A stretch of DNA of 64,000 nt from Bdellovibrionota bacterium (lineage in GTDB: Bacteria; Bdellovibrionota; UBA1018; CAIPTA01; JAALKR01). How positions within the stretch are numbered: the first letter of the stretch is position 1; every line of letters starts with the position of its first letter. This document shows, piece by piece, positions 36,048-45,523 of the stretch. The DNA is taken from positions 281,838-345,837 of the forward strand of contig CBDBMJ010000003.1 in NCBI GenBank assembly GCA_965207455.1. Direction: 5' to 3'. Below the pieces are notes generated by a model, which saw only the letters and a program-made list of their open reading frames with translations, made no database searches and was not told the DNA's origin. Both the position numbers and the translations under genes were made by a program.

Positions 36048-36587
36048 ATGAATGCATTAGACAACCTTGTTGAAAAACTCTGCAACTCTTCTCCCACCAT
36101 GGAGAACCATGTAAAAATCTTAAACTCAAGCCCCATGCCTTCCGTTGAGGAAGTGGAAAAATACACTTTCTGGCAACCAGGCGTTTATGTCCGGAACTTG
36201 ATCAAGCGCACAGAAGACTTTGAATTAATTCTTTTCTGTTGGGATACAAACAGCGTTGCTCCGATACATAACCACAGCGCTCAGTGGTGTTGGATGTCCA
36301 TTCTACAGGGTGAATTGAAAGAAGTTTATTATTCTACCCAATCTATCGAGGAAAGAAATCCCAAAGTTATCAAAACAATAAATCATACTCCAAGTGCACG
36401 CACCTTCATCGATGATACTATTGGCTGGCATTCAGTCCAAAACGTAAGCCAAGGAAGATCGATTAGCCTAAACATATACAATAGACCTATTGATACTTGT
36501 AAATTCTACTGCCAAGAGACAAATGCTTCTCAAAATACTGATCTGTCCTATCACTCCATGGATGGAAAAGTGCTCAGTGGTACTTGA
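36048..36587 (+). CDS. cysteine (thiol) dioxygenase family protein
   Basis: YVRNLI, FELILFCW, PIHNHSAQWCWM, GWHSVQN, SLNIY; start MNALD 2 bp after grx stop. Confidence 0.88.
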   Translation: MNALDNLVEKLCNSSPTMENHVKILNSSPMPSVEEVEKYTFWQPGVYVRNLIKRTEDFELILFCWDTNSVAPIHNHSAQWCWMSILQGELKEVYYSTQSIEERNPKVIKTINHTPSARTFIDDTIGWHSVQNVSQGRSISLNIYNRPIDTCKFYCQETNASQNTDLSYHSMDGKVLSGT

Positions 36588-37258
36588 ATAAAGCATTTAT
36601 GATTTCTTCCCAAATCCCATATTTAAAAACTCTTTTTTTACCTCCATTCAGCACGTCGACTCCAAAAGAAAAAGAACAAAAATCGCCTCTCATTATTGTG
36701 CTTCATGGACTGGGAGATTCCATAGAGGGTTATCGCTTCTTACCCCAGTTTTTAGACATTCCCAACGTCGCCTATCTCTTAGTAAATGCTCCTGATACAT
36801 ACGTTGTTGGCTATTCCTGGTTTGATTTAGATTGGGGGAACGGTCCAGAACCGGGGATTGCGCGCTCCCGTGATCTTTTGTTCCGACTATTGGGAGACTT
36901 AAATAAAATGGGCTGGGATCGTTTGGCCGTATTTGGTTTTTCCCAAGGTGCTCTGCTTGCTTTGGATGTTGCCACACACTATCCCTCTCCGCTACATGCC
37001 ATCGTGGCCGTTAGTGGTTATGCCCATAGTTTAGAAACACTGAAATTAGTCCCTGCTGCTAAGGAGCAGAAAATTTTTGCTAGTCATGGAAGGCAAGACC
37101 CCATGCTTCCCATACAAAACACTCGTCAACAAATAGAAACCCTGCAACGTATGGGATTGAATATATCGTGGAAAGAATACGACAAAGACCATACGATAGA
37201 CCCCGTTCAAGAGGCAAAAGACATCAAACTCTTCCTCCAATCCAATCTACTTGCCTAA
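36584..37258 (+). CDS. phospholipase/carboxylesterase (alpha/beta hydrolase)
   Basis: LHGLGD, GFSQG, HGRQDP, DHTI. Confidence 0.9.
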   Translation: MNKAFMISSQIPYLKTLFLPPFSTSTPKEKEQKSPLIIVLHGLGDSIEGYRFLPQFLDIPNVAYLLVNAPDTYVVGYSWFDLDWGNGPEPGIARSRDLLFRLLGDLNKMGWDRLAVFGFSQGALLALDVATHYPSPLHAIVAVSGYAHSLETLKLVPAAKEQKIFASHGRQDPMLPIQNTRQQIETLQRMGLNISWKEYDKDHTIDPVQEAKDIKLFLQSNLLA

Positions 37259-37287
37259 ACGCTACTTTTATGGGATAAAAATAGATC

Positions 37288-38721
37288 ATGGAAATAAAAA
37301 ATATACTTTCTAAAATACAATGCCCTGACGCGGACTGGATCGGTCTTCGTGAGGTACGCGAAAATGCCCGTTGGCGCATGGCCCGAAATGGAAAAATCTC
37401 TACCTGTAGTGGAGATACTAGCCACGGTATAATGGTGGAAGTTCTAAAGAATGGCCATATAGCCTACAGTGCCACTGCCGACAGGAGTGCAGCTTCTGTG
37501 GAGTTGGCTGTACAAAAAGCTCTTTCCCTTATTCAAAGGGAGTCGAAGTACAAGGTTCATCACTTCACCACAAAACACCGCCCACACACCACGGGAAGGT
37601 ACCATTCACCTTCGGCTAGTGACGCAATCTCCTCCAGCGATTTAAATACTCTCTTGATAGATGCTTGTAGCACATTGCGAGTGTCTCCAAAAATTCAAGA
37701 AGCTCAGGCCGCTACTTACCTTATAAACAGCAAGCACCGGATGGTTTCCACCGACGGCATGGATATTGAACAAGATTTTTCCCATGTGTCTTTCGGCTAC
37801 GGTGCCACTGCGGTGGACGGTTCCTTGGTGCAAGAGCGTTCCTCTGGAGGATTCCTATCCAATAGCTTTCAAGGAAATTTTTCACTCCCTGAACAGGCGT
37901 CGTGGAAGGAGAACTTAACTAGGACTGGGCAAGAGGCCTTAGAGTTACTCCAAGCCGACGAGTGCCCCACAGGCAAAATGGATCTCGTGCTCATGCCCGA
38001 TCAAATGATGCTACAAATTCATGAGAGCATCGGGCATCCATTGGAAATTGATCGCATACTGGGCGACGAGAGAAATTACGCTGGTTCCAGTTTTGTTGCA
38101 TTAAACGATTTTGGAACCCTTACCTACGGTTCTCCCTTGATGAATATAAGTTTCGACCCGACGATAAAAGAGGAATACGCTTCCTATGCTTTCGACGACA
38201 ACGGTCAGCCTGCGAAAAAAGAATATTTAATCCAAGAAGGAAAACTCCTACGCGGACTAGGTGGACTGGAAAGTCAATCCAGATCAGACGTTCCTGGAGT
38301 AGCGAATGCTCGAGCCAGCCTATGGAATCGTCCTCCCATTGACCGTATGGCAAATATCAACCTAGAGCCGGGCACCAGTTCTTATGACAACATTATTAGC
38401 GGCATCGAGCACGGTGTAATCATGCACTCCAATTGCTCTTGGTCCATCGATGATTTTCGAAGGAAGTTTCAATTTGGCTGTGAGTACGGCAAGCTTGTTA
38501 AAAATGGAAAAGTTGTAAAAACACTACGCAACCCGAACTACCGGGGAATTACCGTTCCTTTTTGGAAGAATCTTAAGAAGGTGGGAAATGAAGAAACTTG
38601 GTCCGTTCTTGGAACTCCCTTTTGTGGTAAGGGGGAGCCGAACCAAGTAATTCGAGTGGGCCACGCCTCTCCTGTATGTTTATTTGAAAATGTGGACGTT
38701 TTTGGAGGAGCAGAGAAATGA
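37288..38721 (+). CDS. tldD: TldD metalloprotease subunit
   Basis: HESIGHPLEIDR, PIDRMANINL, SIDDFR.KFQFG, CGKGEPNQ. Confidence 0.92.
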   Translation: MEIKNILSKIQCPDADWIGLREVRENARWRMARNGKISTCSGDTSHGIMVEVLKNGHIAYSATADRSAASVELAVQKALSLIQRESKYKVHHFTTKHRPHTTGRYHSPSASDAISSSDLNTLLIDACSTLRVSPKIQEAQAATYLINSKHRMVSTDGMDIEQDFSHVSFGYGATAVDGSLVQERSSGGFLSNSFQGNFSLPEQASWKENLTRTGQEALELLQADECPTGKMDLVLMPDQMMLQIHESIGHPLEIDRILGDERNYAGSSFVALNDFGTLTYGSPLMNISFDPTIKEEYASYAFDDNGQPAKKEYLIQEGKLLRGLGGLESQSRSDVPGVANARASLWNRPPIDRMANINLEPGTSSYDNIISGIEHGVIMHSNCSWSIDDFRRKFQFGCEYGKLVKNGKVVKTLRNPNYRGITVPFWKNLKKVGNEETWSVLGTPFCGKGEPNQVIRVGHASPVCLFENVDVFGGAEK

Positions 38722-40106
38722 CAAAAAAGATGCCAAACAAAATGACAGACGAAACCCCCAACCACCCCTGCGTAACCAAACCTTATTTTGAGTCTTTAAA
38801 GGATTTCATTTTCTCAAAACTCCAGAGCGACGAGTACGTCACTTTAAATCTTAGGGGAGAGAGCACCCATTTTTGTCGCATGAATAATGCAAAGATACGA
38901 CAAAACGGAACCGTAATGGACCAATCTCTCTCCATACAACTACAAAAAAACAAAGCGGGCGAGCTTCGCACAGCCACAGAAGATTTTTCTCTAAGTAAAA
39001 ATTTTGACCAAGATTCAGATCAAACTGCCTCAGCTCTGCGCACATTACGAAGCGAAATAGAAACATTGCCTGCGGACCCTTTTACCAGTTTGCCCGAATC
39101 CACCTCCACCAGTGAATCCGTGGAAAGCGGCACCTTGCTTAACCCATCGGACGCTCCTGAAAAAATTCTATCGAAACACACAGACCTGGACTTAACGGGG
39201 ATTTACTCCAGTGGAAGCATGGTTCGTGGAACAGCTACCTCAACGGGAGCCATGCATTGGTTTTCCACAGATTCCTTCCTTCTAGATTATTCTATCTCCG
39301 GAGCGGAAGAACGTGCCTATAAAGGTTTTTACGGCGGTAGTTCTTGGGACACAGACGAGTATGAAAAAGAAATACAAAAAGCCCAAGAGCAACTCAACGC
39401 TTTAAAAAAACCTGTGCGTAAAATACCTCCCGGCAACTACCGCACCTACCTTGCCCCCACCGCGGCTTGGGCATTTTCCCAGACCCTTGCAAGAACATTT
39501 AGCGAAGGTAGTATTCGACAAGGCAGCTCACCCCTTCGCCTTGTCCGTAGAGGAGAAAAAAGTTTTTCCCCTAAACTTACCCTGTTAGAAGACTTTCAAT
39601 ATGGCGATACTCCTCGATTTACTTCAGAGGGAGAACTCTCCCCAGAAAACACGCCTCTTATCGTCGACGGCAAGCTTAAAAACACCCTTATCAGTAGGCG
39701 AACAGCAAAAGAGTATGGCTTGGAAGCCAACGGCGCCTCTTCAAATGAAGAGGTACGTAGCTTTGTTATTTCCCCAGGAAACTTAGCCGAAGAAAAAGTA
39801 TTGGATCAACTCCACACCGGTTTATATATTTCTAACTTGCACTACCTCAATTGGAGCGATCAGAATCAAGGTCGAGTAACAGGCATGACCCGTTTTGCCT
39901 GCTTCTGGGTAGAAAACGGAAAGCTCGTGGCCCCCATCGAAAATCTTCGCTGGGACGATACTATCTTTCGTTGCTTTGGATCGGAACTGGAAGACTTTAC
40001 ACAAAAAGTCCATGTATTTCCCAACACTGGCTCTTATGGCAACCGCTCTGTGGGAAGTGACCGCTGCCCAGGCATGCTACTAAAAAGTATGGCGTTCACG
40101 CTCTAG
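38718..40106 (+). CDS. tldE: TldE/PmbA family subunit
   Basis: follows tldD, no HExxxH; LHYLNWSD...TGMTRFACFWVENG. Confidence 0.85.
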   Translation: MTKKMPNKMTDETPNHPCVTKPYFESLKDFIFSKLQSDEYVTLNLRGESTHFCRMNNAKIRQNGTVMDQSLSIQLQKNKAGELRTATEDFSLSKNFDQDSDQTASALRTLRSEIETLPADPFTSLPESTSTSESVESGTLLNPSDAPEKILSKHTDLDLTGIYSSGSMVRGTATSTGAMHWFSTDSFLLDYSISGAEERAYKGFYGGSSWDTDEYEKEIQKAQEQLNALKKPVRKIPPGNYRTYLAPTAAWAFSQTLARTFSEGSIRQGSSPLRLVRRGEKSFSPKLTLLEDFQYGDTPRFTSEGELSPENTPLIVDGKLKNTLISRRTAKEYGLEANGASSNEEVRSFVISPGNLAEEKVLDQLHTGLYISNLHYLNWSDQNQGRVTGMTRFACFWVENGKLVAPIENLRWDDTIFRCFGSELEDFTQKVHVFPNTGSYGNRSVGSDRCPGMLLKSMAFTL

Positions 40107-40156
40107 CGCTGATAGCTAATGGATTGTCTCACTAAAATAGTACTTACTTGAAGGAA

Positions 40157-41035
40157 CTATAAATAATAAATAGTATAATCATCTAACGCTCGATAACGAA
40201 TAGTTCCTGCTGTCAGACCGAAGGCGGTTTTATACTTATTTTCAATTTTCTCACCTTCGCTACTGGGCATCGATAGATTAAAATTCTTTAAATCATAATA
40301 TGATTCAACACCGCTCTGCTCACCAACCATTAAATTAACTTGGTGTATATTGGCTCTTCCTCGTAAAAAAGGAGGGATAAGAATGTCTTTTTTATGATCT
40401 GCTAGTGAACCATATATTTTTTGTTCAATTTTCTTGTTTTTCTTGTACAGTGTTAGTCCAATAAAATTTTTCTTGCTAGAAAATTTATTTAGCTTCTTTT
40501 TCAACATCATCTGTGTTGTAGATAATCCTTCAGCATCAGGGTGATAAGTATATACCTTAAAATGTTCTTCCTTAAAATCCCATCCTAGACCATAAAAATA
40601 TTTCAATTCATTTTCCGACAGTTCTAAATTCCGTTTTTTCATAACCTTATGAACAATATCTAAAATATTTTTCTTGTTCCCCAAGTGTCCGCAGGCAAAG
40701 CGAGAACTATTAATCGAGCCTTTATATATCTTATGGCTGTACGTAGCTGACCTCAACCATGGAGCTTGATGAATATCATAACGCCAGAGAGTCATCTGCT
40801 GAGTACAAGCATCAATATATTCTTTTTCTTCTGTTGAAAAAGACTTTTGAAAGTCAAAATAATTTTCACAATGCCACTGATAAAGAGTATGCATAATCCG
40901 AGAAAAATAACCTGATCGTCCTTTCCCAAAAGAACGATTCAACTGTCTCGATAACGCCATTGGATTAAAAAAAATAATCCCCACAATACTTATAAGGATA
41001 TGCTTTAAAAAATTTCTGCGATTCTGAGTAAACAT
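40157..41035 (-). CDS. hypothetical Tat-exported protein
   Basis: NRRNFLK twin-arginine motif, h-region and AMA cleavage; last gene of the SpeE-like operon. Confidence 0.7.
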   Translation of the reverse strand: MFTQNRRNFLKHILISIVGIIFFNPMALSRQLNRSFGKGRSGYFSRIMHTLYQWHCENYFDFQKSFSTEEKEYIDACTQQMTLWRYDIHQAPWLRSATYSHKIYKGSINSSRFACGHLGNKKNILDIVHKVMKKRNLELSENELKYFYGLGWDFKEEHFKVYTYHPDAEGLSTTQMMLKKKLNKFSSKKNFIGLTLYKKNKKIEQKIYGSLADHKKDILIPPFLRGRANIHQVNLMVGEQSGVESYYDLKNFNLSMPSSEGEKIENKYKTAFGLTAGTIRYRALDDYTIYYL

Positions 41036-41043
41036 TATTAATC

Positions 41044-42663
41044 CTAACGAAATTGAATGGGTCTAAAAATAGAGTTCACATAAGCATCTTTAATAAAAAC
41101 AGTTCCTAGCTGGTCAGTTGTATCTACAAAACTCATCATAGTTGATGTATGTATTTTTTCTGGTATTATATCATAATCAAAGACTAGTGTTCTCTTTGTT
41201 GGAGATATTGCAAAAAATGGCTCGAGTTTTCCAAAAGGCAAAACTGAGGGGAATCCTGCAGCTCGCAACGTACTTAATATGATGTCCTGGGGCGTGGGTC
41301 TTGGAGGATCTTGACCATTAAGCATTTTATCCTTTCTGAGTAAAATAACAGGTGCATCAAGAATTGCGATCCCATCAGGTGTAAGTCGATCATGTAAATA
41401 AGTATAGAATTCTACACTATATAATCTAGAAAGATCATAATTATCAGGAAAAGGAAAATCTACAAAAATCAAATCATATTTTTCCTTAGACCTCTTCGCA
41501 TAAGAAAATGCATCACCAATAATTAAATTTAAACGTTTATCTTTGAAAACATTTTTATTGAGTTTAGAAAAGGACTCGTGTTCACTGACCATCTTTACAA
41601 CCATAGGGTCCAATTCAATAAGAGTAATTTCAGGGACATCAAAGAAGTCAAAAAGAGTCCGCGCCAATAAGCCATCTCCTCCTCCTAAAATAAGAACTCG
41701 ACGGACAGGTTTATTTTTACGCAAATTGAAGCCGGCCATTACTGCTAGTTCATGATAGATGTGCCAATCTATTGTAGCAAACTGAGAATGTCGATTCAAA
41801 TACAATGTTTTTGATGATGGTCGGTCTAGAAAATTCTTGAAAAAACTGTCATTATCAATGATATCAATGCTCTGATACATGGATCGAGTGTGGGGGACAT
41901 TGCCCACACTATGAAGTAATTCCCAAGCAAGAGACCAATCTTGCAAAGAAAAAGGATTAACTCGAAGATTGAGGTAATGGCGCTTAAGAAAATACTGATG
42001 GATCACTGCCGTATATTGACCTACTACAAAAAGAAATGCTGCAATAGCAGGGGCTAGGTAGAGATACTTTAATGAAACTGATCTTCTCCATATAAGATAA
42101 ATGAAAGTAACTAATAATAAATTTAGAGCGCCTATTAATAATGCTATATTTATTCTATGGAAGTGTGGCTCTAGGAAAAGAGGCAACAAAAGTGCGGCTA
42201 AAAGTCCACCGCTGTAACTTATTGCCCAGAAACGCCCTTCATTCCCGGTCTTACGTCTTACAATCTGGCTCAGTAGTGTAACTTCGATACCAGATAAAAA
42301 GCCGACAAGCATAGTCAAAGGCTGAACAGAAAGTGCTGCAAGATAATTGCCAATTGAAACACTTCGAGTGATCTTGTAAATCACTCCTAGATCCATTACT
42401 CCAATAATAATCAACACGAGACTAGCTGAAATACCTCCCAAGCAAGCAAGTAGTATTTCTAACGATAACAATTTCTTTAGTTCTTCCCCTTGCTTTATTC
42501 GACGAGAAAACCCTGCGCCAATACCAAGGGACAGCAAATAGCAGCCAAAGGTCAGGCTTTGACTGAAAATTTGTTCTTGTACCGCTGCTGATACAGTATG
42601 CGCTATTAATAATTGGTATGACATGCTACAAAAGCTTGCGATAAAGACAATCACTAAGATCAA
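41044..42663 (-). CDS. membrane-fused spermidine synthase-like (aminopropyl/methyl) transferase
   Basis: 7-TM N-term plus SMYQSIDI, LYLNRHSQF, YHE, ILGGGDG, ELDPMV, GDAF, RLYSVEFY. Confidence 0.85.
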   Translation of the reverse strand: MILVIVFIASFCSMSYQLLIAHTVSAAVQEQIFSQSLTFGCYLLSLGIGAGFSRRIKQGEELKKLLSLEILLACLGGISASLVLIIIGVMDLGVIYKITRSVSIGNYLAALSVQPLTMLVGFLSGIEVTLLSQIVRRKTGNEGRFWAISYSGGLLAALLLPLFLEPHFHRINIALLIGALNLLLVTFIYLIWRRSVSLKYLYLAPAIAAFLFVVGQYTAVIHQYFLKRHYLNLRVNPFSLQDWSLAWELLHSVGNVPHTRSMYQSIDIIDNDSFFKNFLDRPSSKTLYLNRHSQFATIDWHIYHELAVMAGFNLRKNKPVRRVLILGGGDGLLARTLFDFFDVPEITLIELDPMVVKMVSEHESFSKLNKNVFKDKRLNLIIGDAFSYAKRSKEKYDLIFVDFPFPDNYDLSRLYSVEFYTYLHDRLTPDGIAILDAPVILLRKDKMLNGQDPPRPTPQDIILSTLRAAGFPSVLPFGKLEPFFAISPTKRTLVFDYDIIPEKIHTSTMMSFVDTTDQLGTVFIKDAYVNSIFRPIQFR

Positions 42664-43316
42664 AATTCACCTCTGATCATGCTGGAGGTTATTTTTCTTT
42701 TCATCTTATCATGGCGATTGAAAAATATATCTATAGCAACAAGAGCATTGAGCATTGCTGTGAAAAATCCTATCCAAAAAATTCCTAAGCTAGGTAAAAG
42801 CAGTAAAGGAAATAAAACCGCGGCTAAAAACATTCCCACATAATCATACACTATCAATAATGCTTTACTTTTTTCCTCTTTCTCAAGATATAATAGTATT
42901 GGTAGTTCAAAACCAGAAAAAAATCCACATGCGACTACAGGTAAATAATAAATTGGCAGCAAAAAGAAAAGTACAGTAGAGGATGCTTTTATTAACTCCT
43001 GATCCAAAAAATATAGCAATACCGGGCTAAGCCCTCCTATAAAAATCAGTAGAGATTCAATTTTAAATAAATAAAGAGAAGGTTTTTTGGAGAGTATAAT
43101 ATAATCGCTCACATAAGCCCCAGCACCAAGTGAAAATGAAAATAATCCAATCACGAGCGAATATTGTAGAATGGTGTTACCGAGAAGCGCAGAAAGCAAT
43201 TGACCCAAGTTTAACTCATAGAGGAAGCTACAAAATGCTAATAGTAAAGAATATAGATATAAGCGAGAAAACCCAGCATGCCGGTTTGGTCGATTTTTAC
43301 TAGAGACCACCGACAC
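42660..43316 (-). CDS. stand-alone SpeE-associated membrane domain
   Basis: CSFLYEL, LGNTILQYSLVIG, SGFELP, DYVG..AAVLFPLLLLP; paralogous to the N-term of the next gene. Confidence 0.8.
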   Translation of the reverse strand: MSVVSSKNRPNRHAGFSRLYLYSLLLAFCSFLYELNLGQLLSALLGNTILQYSLVIGLFSFSLGAGAYVSDYIILSKKPSLYLFKIESLLIFIGGLSPVLLYFLDQELIKASSTVLFFLLPIYYLPVVACGFFSGFELPILLYLEKEEKSKALLIVYDYVGMFLAAVLFPLLLLPSLGIFWIGFFTAMLNALVAIDIFFNRHDKMKRKITSSMIRGEF

Positions 43317-43322
43317 ATTTAA

Positions 43323-43916
43323 TTAAATAGATTTTGCTTTTATTTGCATAAAGATTTTTTCAAAATATTCTTCTTCCTTATCCATAATCTCAGGCGGCAT
43401 CCGAACAGCCAAAACATAACTTCCCGCACCGTCTTTCCTGATAGCGTGCACAACTACCATTGCTTGGCTACCATTGCAACCACTGTGAAAAGAAATTTTA
43501 CTAAAACCTTTAGTATTATAAAGTTCCTTAGTCTGTATTACCACATGCATTAGTGGTTGGGAAAAAGCTGGCATAAGATGGGGATTGCCTTCCAGCCAGT
43601 CCAGCATTGCTTCAAAATTTTTATGATTTTTTTTGATAGCAAGTACTGCAAAATAGCCCCCTTTTTTAGCGTCTTTTCCAAATAACACCTCAGAGCTGCC
43701 GTCCTTGACGGTGCTATAATGAAAGGTTTTTGGTAATTCAACGGATATTTGCTGACGGGCAAGAAATTTGGAGGTTATGTGCTTAAATTCAGGTTGATGA
43801 ACCCCCGCACTGAGAGCGGCAGGAAAAAGTATAAAGCATAACAGCACTTCGCATAAAAACATTTTTTTCAATTTTTTTAAAGTCATACTCAAAAAATAAC
43901 AGAAAAAAAAAAACAC
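43323..43916 (-). CDS. hypothetical exported protein
   Basis: signal-like segment ending ALSA; 6 bp upstream of the membrane gene; start uncertain. Confidence 0.55.
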   Translation of the reverse strand: MFFFFCYFLSMTLKKLKKMFLCEVLLCFILFPAALSAGVHQPEFKHITSKFLARQQISVELPKTFHYSTVKDGSSEVLFGKDAKKGGYFAVLAIKKNHKNFEAMLDWLEGNPHLMPAFSQPLMHVVIQTKELYNTKGFSKISFHSGCNGSQAMVVVHAIRKDGAGSYVLAVRMPPEIMDKEEEYFEKIFMQIKAKSI

Positions 43917-44126
43917 GCAAGTATTTTTACTTCAATTTTAAGCTTTTATTCAATAATGCTCGTTTAAAAGAAGTGAATTTTTGATATTAGCAGACGAATC
44001 GGGCTGTTTTAATTATAAAACCGTGTTAGCTTAGTGCTTTAGGGGGCTAGGACATAGTAAAAAAATGGGTCATTTAATTAAATGCACGCCAATTAATTAG
44101 AGCATAACCTAACATAATAAAAACCG

Positions 44127-45446
44127 ATGATGCGCATTAAAAGTAAAAAAAATAATAGTGAATTCACTATAATAAAAACAACGCCTGCGGTTCCTCGAAC
44201 GAACCTTGCAGGTAATATTTCTCATGCTGGAGAGCAATACTGCTACAGACACACCAGCGGTACTTGGGTAAAACAAAATAACCTATGCTGGAATAAGAAT
44301 GTACAAAAATTCATTAAAAATTCAACGGGACTTGCGCGATCTTCCTCAGGCATGTCCCTTCTATCTGTAATAATGGCTGCAGGATTGCTTGGGCTGATCG
44401 CCCTAGGTGCAGCAAAGCTACAGCAAAACATGATATCTGGACAAAAGGATGTGGAAAATAGATTTGAAATCAATAAATTATACTCCAATATTCGAGGTGT
44501 ATTGGGAAATGCAGGGGCATGCGCTCAGACTCTAGGTAGAAATAATAGTAGAACTATAAATAATACGCCCATAACCTCAAAGGGGGTTCATGGAACACCG
44601 GTTCTTATCGGAGCTATAAAAGATTCAAATGGAAATAAAGTATATGAAATAAATAGGACCTACGATGATGTAAAGATAACAAAAATAGAGCTTTCTACAT
44701 TTACGGTGGATGCCACGCCTTCCCGAGACGTTACAGTTCCTTCTACTACACCAGGTGGAAATCCTCAGACACTTTCCGTAAACGATGGCAGCACAAAAAT
44801 AATCCTTTCTTTTACAAGAGCCAGGGCAAATAGTCAAGGTCTTTCTCATTTTAAAACAAGAGAGATTCAATTAAAGGCTGCTAGATATAATGGTGGAGGT
44901 GCGAATGTGGTATTTACTATTCATAGTTGCATCGCTTTATTTGCAGCCGATACTACAGTCCTGCGAAGAGAAGCACTGGCTGGCGTGAGCTGTACAGGAA
45001 ATCAAGTCCTTACAGGGTTTGACCAAAGCGGTAATCCGCTCTGCAAGGATTTTGCGGTTCTCACTGATACACAATGTGCTCCAGGAGAAGCCGTAACGGG
45101 AATTACTCAAGGAGCGGTTATATGTGCGGGTCCGCCACCGCCACCTCCTCCCGCTCCTCTCCCACCGCCACCTCCTCCCGCTCCTCTCCCACCGTCCCCC
45201 GGTACTTATGTAACTCTCTCCTGTACCCCATCCGGCTACACTTGTGTTGGTAAGTCACGCGTTAATCCCAGAACCGGTAAGTATTCTTGTCCGTCGGGCT
45301 ACGCATCCGCAAGAATTGCACCAACTAGAACTAGAACAACCACAGTAGACGAGTCCGTATGCACACAGACGGGGCATGGTGGGCAAAATTGCAATACCCA
45401 ATCAATTACAATAACGCACGTGGAAAGAACATATAAATGCATATAA
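44127..45446 (+). CDS. prepilin-type N-terminal cleavage protein with Pro-rich and Cys-rich C-terminus
   Basis: G|MSLLSVIMAAGLLGLIALG, ACAQTL, CxxxQVLTGF..G..xC motifs, poly-Pro. Confidence 0.75.
   Translation: MMRIKSKKNNSEFTIIKTTPAVPRTNLAGNISHAGEQYCYRHTSGTWVKQNNLCWNKNVQKFIKNSTGLARSSSGMSLLSVIMAAGLLGLIALGAAKLQQNMISGQKDVENRFEINKLYSNIRGVLGNAGACAQTLGRNNSRTINNTPITSKGVHGTPVLIGAIKDSNGNKVYEINRTYDDVKITKIELSTFTVDATPSRDVTVPSTTPGGNPQTLSVNDGSTKIILSFTRARANSQGLSHFKTREIQLKAARYNGGGANVVFTIHSCIALFAADTTVLRREALAGVSCTGNQVLTGFDQSGNPLCKDFAVLTDTQCAPGEAVTGITQGAVICAGPPPPPPPAPLPPPPPPAPLPPSPGTYVTLSCTPSGYTCVGKSRVNPRTGKYSCPSGYASARIAPTRTRTTTVDESVCTQTGHGGQNCNTQSITITHVERTYKCI
45135..45194 (+). repeat. 27-bp coding tandem repeat x2.2 (PPPPPPAPL)
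   Basis: ccaccgccacctcctcccgctcctctc exactly duplicated. Confidence 0.85.
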
Positions 45447-45523
45447 AAAATGAATTTGAGGTAACTTTTGGCGAAACAGACCTAAGTAACTTTTCCATAA
45501 TTTATTAAAACAAGGAGGCATTA

